Source of the DNA: Verrucomicrobiota bacterium
GTDB taxonomy: Bacteria; Verrucomicrobiota; Verrucomicrobiia; Limisphaerales; JACDHS01
Direction of reading: 5' to 3'
NCBI GenBank assembly: GCA_013820875.1
Contig: JACDHS010000007.1
Span: 6,246-70,245 of the forward strand
Length of the DNA: 64,000 bases
Below the pieces are notes generated by a model that did not search any database, was not told the DNA's origin, and worked only from the letters and a program-made list of their open reading frames with translations. Position numbers and translations under genes: made by a program. Below are positions 57,308 through 64,000 of this stretch, in pieces (the first letter of the stretch is position 1; every line of letters begins with the position of its first letter).

Positions 57308-58162
57308 ATGCCCACTATTATCACCTGCACGGACGGCTCATTATATGCGCCAAGCGTTTATGACCTCAGCGCCTGGGCCGCCCGGCGGATGCATGCCGGC
57401 ATCCATGTTCTTCACATGCTCGACTTTCATCGGGAACGCGCGCAAATCGCCGACTTCAGCGGCAGCATTGGAGTGGATGCGCGCGAGGCATTGATGCAAG
57501 AACTCGTTGCCTTGGAAGAGGCCAAGGGACGCGTGGCGCTCAACAAAGGGAGGGCAATCCTCTCCGAGGCAGAACGCCAGATCAAAGCAGCAGGGATTGA
57601 ACGCGTGAAAACCGAGCAACGCCACGGCGCGCTCGTGGAAACTCTGGAAGAGATGGAACAAGCCGCGGACATGGTGGTGATCGGGCGGCGCGGTGAATCA
57701 GCCGATTTTGCCAAACTTCACCTCGGCGGAAACGTGGAACGGGTCATCCGCAGCAGTATCCGCCCTGTGCTGATTGCTTCGCGCAAATTTGTTCCAATTG
57801 AGAAATTTTTGATTGCCTTTGACGGCAGTCCAAGCGCGAAGAAAGCTGTCGCTTATGCGGTTGAGCAGCCGTTGCTCAAAGGGTTGGAGTGTCATCTCTT
57901 GATGGTGGGCCATTCTGACGCGGGACATAACCAGGAACTGGAATCCGCCCGCTCACAACTGGCTGAAGCCGGGTATGCGGTCGTGAGCCGTCATCTTTCC
58001 GGCGATGTCGAAAAGGTCATTGCCGAAGTCATTCAGGCAGAGAAAATTCAGTTGCTCGTGATGGGAGCCTATGGGCATTCGAGGATCCGCCAATTGATTG
58101 TCGGCAGCACCACGACAACGATGGTGCGCACCTCGCTTGTTCCCGTGTTGATGTTTCGTTAA
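57308..58162 (+). CDS. Universal stress protein, tandem UspA domains
   Basis: 284 aa, two Usp domains. The second ends in LLVMGAYGHSRIRQLIVGSTT..MVR...PVLM. Confidence 0.85.
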   Translation: MPTIITCTDGSLYAPSVYDLSAWAARRMHAGIHVLHMLDFHRERAQIADFSGSIGVDAREALMQELVALEEAKGRVALNKGRAILSEAERQIKAAGIERVKTEQRHGALVETLEEMEQAADMVVIGRRGESADFAKLHLGGNVERVIRSSIRPVLIASRKFVPIEKFLIAFDGSPSAKKAVAYAVEQPLLKGLECHLLMVGHSDAGHNQELESARSQLAEAGYAVVSRHLSGDVEKVIAEVIQAEKIQLLVMGAYGHSRIRQLIVGSTTTTMVRTSLVPVLMFR

Positions 58163-58165
58163 GAC

Positions 58166-58200
58166 GTTCCTCACCCACTGAATGGCAGTGGGTGAGGAAC
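58166..58200. terminator. Perfect 15-bp hairpin between convergent usp and the Cys-rich gene
   Basis: GTTCCTCACCCACTG (58166-58180) pairs with CAGTGGGTGAGGAAC (58186-58200) across the loop aatgg. There is no clear U tract. Confidence 0.45.
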
Positions 58201-58336
58201 CGGGAAATGATCGGCCAAAGAGTTTTCAAGGCGAGCCTGGAACGTCCTGGTTTCCAGTCCACCCCAAAATTTCAGATTGCTTTGCGTGCAGAATCGCCAA
58301 TGGCATCGGCGATGGCGCGGTTTCACTGAAGCGGAG

Positions 58337-58636
58337 TTAAGCTGCTTCTTTCTTCTTGTTACACTTCTGGCACACCTTCTTTTCTTTGGTGGCTTCCTTG
58401 CAGCATGCGTGAGTGCAATCTTTCTTCTTGGCGATCGCTTTGTCACAGCAGGAGGCATCTTTCTGGCACTTTTCGCAGGTCTTTTCTGCGTCACGCGCTT
58501 CCACGCAACATTTGTGACTGCAATCTTTGCCGGTAGCTTTGGCTTTGACGCAGCAACTTTCTGCGAATGCGCTGTTTGCGCCGAAAGAAAGGGCGAATGC
58601 TACGGTAAGTAGTGAGAATGCTTTGATGAGTTTCAT
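58337..58636 (-). CDS. Small secreted Cys/Lys-rich protein with an internal 35-aa duplication (putative periplasmic metal-binding protein)
   Basis: 99 aa with signal peptide MKLIKAFSLLTVAFALSFGANSAFA. The mature 74 aa contain 14 Cys in two repeats with identical spacing, CC-x9-C-x3-CC-x9-C-x2-C. Confidence 0.65.
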   Translation of the reverse strand: MKLIKAFSLLTVAFALSFGANSAFAESCCVKAKATGKDCSHKCCVEARDAEKTCEKCQKDASCCDKAIAKKKDCTHACCKEATKEKKVCQKCNKKKEAA

Positions 58637-59052
58637 ATTTTACTTTGTTCCTGGAACTAATGTTTGCCTGTATCCTGGTGGCATACCTTTGCTTGACAGA
58701 CACAGGTGAACTGAGGCTGAAACTGACAGAATACCCTGCGTTTGTCGATAGGCATCTCCCCTGATACCGAGTAGTCGGCGCATCCCAGTTTCTTTCAGTG
58801 CGTCTCAATCCTGAACACCGGGAGGACGCCCGGTGAACTCGCAGCCGAGGACGACTACGCTACGTAGGGCAGGCCTCCGCCTGCCCGTTCAATCCGCGTA
58901 TCCTACGTTCCCGGGCACTTTCGGATCATCCGAAAACCTTCCTAAACGCCTGAAAATCAGGCGATCCTCGCTATCGGTTGAATCATCCTAAAAACGGCAG
59001 TTTAAGGCAGAGACACAGAGAGGCAAAGGCGCAGAGAGAGGGGAGAGTGCAC

Positions 59053-59160
59053 CGGAACGCCGGATTTATCCGGCAGCAATCTCCAAACTAAACGGTGATC
59101 CGATAAATAATGGCAGGTCGCTCCAGTATCTCGCTGCTGCCGGATAAATCCGGCGTTCCG
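59053..59160. repeat. Palindromic element with 25-bp perfect arms
   Basis: CGGAACGCCGGATTTATCCGGCAGC (59053-59077) is the exact reverse complement of GCTGCCGGATAAATCCGGCGTTCCG (59136-59160). Each arm contains its own CCGGAT(T/A)(T/A)ATCCGG palindrome. Confidence 0.9.
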
Positions 59161-59408
59161 AGGATTTCCAACTGCTTCTGCCATCCATGCAACCACACGA
59201 CACCTCCTTAAACTTACTTCGGAAATATCCGTGCTCTTTCCGCAAAAACCTTTAAAAACCCCCGCATGGAAATGGACCTCGAAACAGACCTCACCAACGA
59301 CGAAGTATATCAAAAAGCCCTCAAAGAGCTCACCAGCTTCGGCTTTCACCAAAGGGAAAAGATTGGCCCTCTCTTCCCCAAGGACTGCAGAGAGCCCGAC
59401 GAGAAAGG

Positions 59409-61982
59409 CTACTTGGGCCCGACTAATCGCCATCTCGGTGCCACCGGCTGCCCATCGCGAATCAACATTGCGCTGACAAAATCTATCCCATTCATCGACC
59501 ACATTGCCAGCTTCCCGGAATCGTGTTGAAAAACGATATCAATATTTCCGTCGTTGTTCAAATCTGCCAAAGCCGCAGCGCGCCAACCTGATCCGATGGG
59601 GTGCCCATTCCGCAGCAACTCCGCGCTTTGAAAATCGGAGCCGTTCATTAACCAAACTGCCAGCCTACCATTGACATGTTGCATTAAAATGTCGCCTTGC
59701 TTGTCGCCATTAAAATCCGCCACGCCAATTATACGCCAGATGGGTGCAAGCGGTTGACCATTGCGGATCGATATCGAGTTGATGAACGCAGCCCCGTTAA
59801 GATGCCAAACAGCAAGTTTGCCGTTGTCGTGCTGAAACAGTATGTCTGTTTGTCCGTCGTTGTTAAAATCATTAAGCCCAACGATTTTCCAGCTCGGACC
59901 AACTTTTCGAATGGATACTGAGTCAATGAATTCGGTCTGATTCATCAGCCATGCCGTAATGCGTCCATCTTCATGCTGCCAAAGAATATCCCAATTAGCA
60001 TCGCCGTTGAAATCAGCCTGTCCAACAATCTTCCAGCCAGGACCTACGCGAGTGCCGTTTCTCAGCAAGGCGCCGCGGACGAAAGTCGTTCCTTCCATCA
60101 CCCACGCAGCAGTCACACCATTTGTATCCTGCCAAAGCAGATCGGGCCGCACGTCTCCGGAAAAGCTTGCCGAGGAAGAAACCATTTCGAATTGGCCTGT
60201 CTGCATGTCTCCGGAAAAATTTGTGGAGATGTAGCTGCCGGTTCCCGGCGTAACGAAGGTCAGAGTGGTATTGATGGAATGAAACCCAAGGGTCGCGCTG
60301 GTGGCATCGGATTTGACGTAGGTGTAAATGCCATTCGTTGCAGCAGTAACACCAGTCACAGGGACGATATTGAAAAAATTATTAGTTCCAGTAGAGGATA
60401 CAAAAAGAAAGATGCCATCACCCGGGAACACCCCATTCCCATCGCTGATTGTCATCCGCAAGGTTTGGCCCACGAGCGTTGTTCCCGCTTCCTCGCCGCT
60501 CTGGGTAATCACAAAATTGTGCGTCCCAATCTGGATCGAACCCCTGCGAGGGATCTGGCCATTGTTTGGGGCAACCGATAAAATTACCGCATCGGGACCA
60601 CGCCCAATCTCCGTTCCGTCGATAGAAATCCACGCATTTGTGTTTATGACAATAGAATCAAGACACATGCCCCATCCCATAATGTGTAGATTGTTCGTTC
60701 CAGCTGAGGGCACGGATGCTTGATTCCAAAATAATGTTGGATTACATTGAACGTTCAAAGTAGCTGCGGAACTGGTGATCGACCCTGCTTTATTTGAGAC
60801 CACTACATGATACGTACCCGCACTTTCCTGTTGGATATTCCAAATAACCAAATTGGACGAAACTGCACCTTCAAGGAGGTTCCCATTCTTGAACCATTGG
60901 AACGAGAATGGCATTGGGCCTGTAACACCCACTGAAAGTTGAAACGTAGAATCCACCAGCTGTGTGGAACTCTGCGGGTGTTGATGAATGTGAGATGCCG
61001 TCAGTTTAGCCAATGCACTTGGATTCTGTCCAACGGCGGTTTTCATGACAACTCGATAGGCACCCTCGTCAGCGGCCGAGACATTCCTGATGGTCAGGCT
61101 GTCGTTAGTCTCACCTGGAATTAGAACCCCATTGAATTGCCATTGATAACTCACGGGATAGGAACTGACAGCACGAACACGGAAGGCGGCCGTTTCAGTG
61201 AGTTTTTTATCGACGTTCTCTGGCTGTTCAACGATGAAAACACCAGTTGGCCTTAAGCCTACCGAATGCCCGCCAGCCAGAGCCAAAGCCAAAAAATTTG
61301 TTGCTCGAGCAGGTACGTGACTATTGAGCCCCCACATGGATACTGTTCCGTCAGACTTCAATACGGCACAGCGGCCATAGTGAGTTGCCATTTGAACTAC
61401 ATTCGAAAGATTTGGAGGGACAATCGACTCACCCCAGTAATTCGGAGCAGTCACCAGCACATTTCCGCTCTTCTTCAGAATCATGCTGGAAATCCAACCG
61501 GCAGCAATTGCCTTTGCATCTGAAACAGAGGAAGAAATTCCAAACTCCCCCCAACCAACTACGGTTCCATCTGATTTTAGAGCGAGATTATGATAAGCCC
61601 CCGCTGCCACAGCTACTACATCTGTCAGTCCTTGCGGCACAGACGTGGCGCCTCCATAACCGTTACCCCATGCCGCGACGGTGCCGTTACTTCTCAAAGC
61701 CACGCTAAAATCGGCACCTGCTGAGATTCCTATGGCATCAATGAGCGGTGGAGGAGCCGCTTGTCCATTGTAATTACGTCCCCATCCAACAATCGTCCCG
61801 TCCTTTTTCAATGCAAGACTGTGAGTGTCTCCTCCAGCGACAGCGACGACATTTCTTAATCCCGCCGGAACGTCACATTGACCGTCTGAATTAATTCCCC
61901 ACGCGACTACTGTCCCATCAGCCCGCACAGCAAGAGTATGGCCTCCGCCACAAGCAATGGAGATGATGCCAGATATCCCCAA
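59409..61982 (-). CDS. RCC1-repeat / Ig-like / FG-GAP(VCBS)-repeat surface protein, distal part (no ATG, no signal peptide; in frame with the upstream ORF)
   Basis: 857 aa from a TTG. It has about 6-7 blades of the GGGHTLAVRADGTVVAWG / VVAVAAGAYHNLALKSDGTVVGWG type and two Ig-like modules (YQWQFNGVLIPGETNDSLTIRNVSAADEGAYRVV). About five C-terminal repeats are of the DFNGDxxxDILWQHxxGxLAxWLMNG type. Confidence 0.75.
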   Translation of the reverse strand: MGISGIISIACGGGHTLAVRADGTVVAWGINSDGQCDVPAGLRNVVAVAGGDTHSLALKKDGTIVGWGRNYNGQAAPPPLIDAIGISAGADFSVALRSNGTVAAWGNGYGGATSVPQGLTDVVAVAAGAYHNLALKSDGTVVGWGEFGISSSVSDAKAIAAGWISSMILKKSGNVLVTAPNYWGESIVPPNLSNVVQMATHYGRCAVLKSDGTVSMWGLNSHVPARATNFLALALAGGHSVGLRPTGVFIVEQPENVDKKLTETAAFRVRAVSSYPVSYQWQFNGVLIPGETNDSLTIRNVSAADEGAYRVVMKTAVGQNPSALAKLTASHIHQHPQSSTQLVDSTFQLSVGVTGPMPFSFQWFKNGNLLEGAVSSNLVIWNIQQESAGTYHVVVSNKAGSITSSAATLNVQCNPTLFWNQASVPSAGTNNLHIMGWGMCLDSIVINTNAWISIDGTEIGRGPDAVILSVAPNNGQIPRRGSIQIGTHNFVITQSGEEAGTTLVGQTLRMTISDGNGVFPGDGIFLFVSSTGTNNFFNIVPVTGVTAATNGIYTYVKSDATSATLGFHSINTTLTFVTPGTGSYISTNFSGDMQTGQFEMVSSSASFSGDVRPDLLWQDTNGVTAAWVMEGTTFVRGALLRNGTRVGPGWKIVGQADFNGDANWDILWQHEDGRITAWLMNQTEFIDSVSIRKVGPSWKIVGLNDFNNDGQTDILFQHDNGKLAVWHLNGAAFINSISIRNGQPLAPIWRIIGVADFNGDKQGDILMQHVNGRLAVWLMNGSDFQSAELLRNGHPIGSGWRAAALADLNNDGNIDIVFQHDSGKLAMWSMNGIDFVSAMLIRDGQPVAPRWRLVGPK

Positions 61983-62003
61983 TGGGGCATTCGTCTGGTC
62001 GCC

Positions 62004-63431
62004 TCAGAGGATTGGTAAACCCATCGGTTTTGATGATAAGACCGCTACGTTTACTGTTACGTTCGTTTCTCTTTCCCAATCCGTGACGAGTTTGACTGTA
62101 TAAATGCCGGAGTCTGCATCCTGGGCGTTATCTAAATTCAACGTGGCGTTTGTAGCCTCAGGAAGATCAATCCCTTCAAATTGCCACTGGTATCGAATCG
62201 GAACGGCGTTCGTCGCGGAAATCGTCAGGGCTAAATCTGTTCCCGCAAAGATGTAATCATCCCGAGGGGATTCAAGAATTGAGGGAAGATCCCCAAATGC
62301 CAGTTTCGCCGAAGCTCTCACGGAAGCCCCATCTCCTGTTATCACGACAGTATAAATTCCTGCATCCGTGGACTGCACATTGCTGAGCAGCAACTCGGCA
62401 CTCGTTGCAAAAGGGATATCAGTTCCGTTTAACTGCCATTGATATTGGATCGATCCGGCAGTGTTTGCCTCAACACGAAAGAGGACTGATGACCCGAATT
62501 CGGAAACGACATTTGTTGGTTCGGAAGTGATAAACGGTCCGATAAAAATTGCGTAATTCTGAGCATACCCGCAATCAATGGCCACGACATTCGTAAGACC
62601 ATGCGGCGGAGCGGGCATCTCATAAACGGTCGTGACACTGCTTGAATAGACAACTTTCCCCCAACTTACCACCGTGCCATTGTCCTTTAACGCAAGGCTA
62701 TGATAAGCACCCGCCGCGACGGCAACGACGTTGGAAAGCGTGTGAGGCGGAGAAACCTGCCCATACGTATTGTTCCCAAATCCGACGACAGAACCGTCAT
62801 TCTTCAGAGCCAACGCGTGACTTCCTCCCGCGGCGATCGCAACCACATCATTCAGTCCAGTGGGAACGATTAGAGGAAAATTTGCAGCCCAACTCACTAC
62901 ATGTCCGTTATCAAGCAGAGCGAGGGCAGAGGTGCCGGAGGCAATCGCAACCGCATTCGTTATAGTCGGGTAATTAACCCCGCTATAGCTGGGAGGACTG
63001 GTTAGATGAACCACTGTTCCATTGGTTCTTAGAGCCATTTTGTATGGCAAGCCAGCGACCGCGATAACATCGTCCAACTCCAAATTGAGAGTCGCGTTGG
63101 TATAATGACCGGTCCATTGCAGTAATTTTCCATCGCTCTGAAGGGCAATGCCCTCGGCAAAATCAATAATATTACTGAGGATCGGATAGCCTGCATTGTC
63201 GCAGACGATTCCTGAGGAATTGAGGAAATAGTTTTTACCATTAAAGCTGAGAGGAATAACTTTTACAATGTCCGCCAAATCCAGAGGAATAGTCGTTTCA
63301 ATTTGGGAATGCATATCGCCCCATCCTACAACTCTTCCTTTGGGCATGTTGGTCAACGACAACCAATTGGCCTGGTGAGCGTATGCACTAAAAGTGGAAA
63401 CCAAACAAAGAAGGAGGATGCGCCCGAACAT
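62004..63431 (-). CDS. RCC1-repeat / Ig-like surface protein, proximal part with signal peptide
   Basis: ATG at 63431 gives MFGRILLLCLVSTFSAYA (signal peptide). RCC1-like blades follow (VVAIAAGGSHALALKNDGSVVGFG, VVAVAAGAYHSLALKDNGTVVSWG), then two Ig-like modules (IQYQWQLNGTDIP..., IRYQWQFEGIDLP...). It ends at TGA 62006-62004. Confidence 0.75.
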   Translation of the reverse strand: MFGRILLLCLVSTFSAYAHQANWLSLTNMPKGRVVGWGDMHSQIETTIPLDLADIVKVIPLSFNGKNYFLNSSGIVCDNAGYPILSNIIDFAEGIALQSDGKLLQWTGHYTNATLNLELDDVIAVAGLPYKMALRTNGTVVHLTSPPSYSGVNYPTITNAVAIASGTSALALLDNGHVVSWAANFPLIVPTGLNDVVAIAAGGSHALALKNDGSVVGFGNNTYGQVSPPHTLSNVVAVAAGAYHSLALKDNGTVVSWGKVVYSSSVTTVYEMPAPPHGLTNVVAIDCGYAQNYAIFIGPFITSEPTNVVSEFGSSVLFRVEANTAGSIQYQWQLNGTDIPFATSAELLLSNVQSTDAGIYTVVITGDGASVRASAKLAFGDLPSILESPRDDYIFAGTDLALTISATNAVPIRYQWQFEGIDLPEATNATLNLDNAQDADSGIYTVKLVTDWERETNVTVNVAVLSSKPMGLPIL

Positions 63432-64000
63432 AGTATAATAAAAACACTTTATTATCAGATTAATCCACCCTTGGGAAGAAGCATCGGCAATACGAAACCA
63501 GCTCACCTCTCGCGTCCATCGGATCTTTATTATGGGAACCTGGAATGCTTTACGTTGAGCGTACCGACGACAAAGCCATCGCATCCGTCCGCCGTGAATT
63601 TCCAGATAGCGAAATGGAAATCTAAGGAGAATACCCGAGAGTGAAGCTACCCGAGGACGCCTACGAAGCTCCCGAATAGACGCTGCTGACCCTCTCGGAA
63701 CAGCTCAAAACGGATGTCATTTGGATGAGTTTTCTGAGTGCGGTGGATGCATTTCAGTTTCATCATTGTCGATCTGGGAAGTGCATGCGATGGCTTGTCA
63801 TTGGTTGCTTTGTAGAAGAGCGCAAGTGGGAGCGAGTGGAACGCAATCCGGAGCCGTGGGAACGCGAGAACTTTTTCAATGATAAAAGCCTTGAGTTTGA
63901 ACTGAAGTGGAAAGACACGCAAAACGGGAAGGACGAGTTGCGACGGATCTGGCGGGAAGCTGAAGTTCAACCCGGAAAGACGGAGCCCAATTAAGACTCT

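Noticed and set aside
58835-58870. tmRNA-like tag reading frame (..AAEDDYAT-TAG) and possible structured-RNA gene
   Set aside because: There is no tRNA-like acceptor/T-arm (no GGTTCGA-type sequence) and no G-rich 5' end. The tag does not end in the usual hydrophobic (L)AA. I found no RNase P (GAAAGTCCGGGC) or SRP (GGAAGCAGCC) core motifs either.
59002-59529. ORFs 59002-59502 (minus, 166 aa) and 59266-59529 (plus, 87 aa)
   Set aside because: The minus ORF is translated straight through the 25-bp palindromic repeat arms (NAGFIRQQ-type repeat peptides). The plus ORF overlaps the 3' end of the large FG-GAP gene. Neither has recognisable motifs or an RBS.
61965-62006. Selenocysteine recoding of the in-frame TGA
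   Set aside because: Only a weak hairpin (CCAGA..CCCC-att-GGGG..TCTGG) follows the TGA. The position is an inter-domain linker, not a redox site. No sel genes lie in the window. The idea is kept only as a low-probability alternative inside the finding.
63647-63994. Overlapping ORFs at the right edge (63725-63994 plus, 89 aa; 63647-63970 minus, 107 aa)
   Set aside because: The plus-strand product (..EERKWERVERNPEPWERENFFNDKSLEFELKWK..) looks protein-like, but I cannot assign a family, a start site or an RBS. The evidence is insufficient to call a gene, so the region is left unannotated.

Overview
The window is 64 kb of chromosomal DNA that looks like a Verrucomicrobiota/PVC-group genome. This assignment is an inference from three things: a PVC-type 'membrane-bound dehydrogenase domain + CxxCH' protein, the futalosine genes mqnA and a ubiA-like prenyltransferase, and very abundant short palindromic intergenic elements. 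Gene content is mostly housekeeping.

Gene content, left to right:
- An LPS-core/glycan operon (GT2, GT9, a split GT2, an msbA-like exporter) followed by three different sulfotransferases.
- dinB, a UbiB/ABC1 kinase, pilT and an acyl-CoA synthetase.
- Two divergent UvrA-family genes on the same strand, flanking a BON lipoprotein and an unlisted 52-aa DUF3309 ORF.
- A SorC-regulated glycerophosphodiester/glycerol-phosphate cluster (GDPD, a G1P-dehydrogenase-like enzyme, VOC, glpT).
- ubiA-like prenyltransferase, GNAT, M15 peptidase and tkt.
- An lplA-like ligase divergent from aceE-aceF-lpd, then hicBA, mqnA and glnS.
- A SMUG1-type UDG, an EEP nuclease/phosphatase, a Sel1 protein, an orphan sugar-binding protein, GH5, a beta-barrel OMP, SulP and UspA.
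- A small Cys-rich secreted protein and two large RCC1/Ig/FG-GAP surface-protein ORFs.

I saw no rRNA, tRNA, CRISPR array, transposase or integrase.

The non-routine observations are:
1. Three unrelated intergenic tandem arrays share a 41-42 bp period.
2. Several families of palindromic elements are built from three short tandem motifs. At least three copies sit in frame inside housekeeping genes (a uvrA paralogue, glnS and the lplA-like gene).
3. A single in-frame TGA joins the two RCC1/Ig ORFs into one 1391-codon frame.
4. A GT2 gene is split at an ATGA overlap.
5. A periplasmic 14-Cys protein carries an exact internal duplication of its Cys spacing.

All functional calls rest on motif recognition by eye. 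No database search was run.
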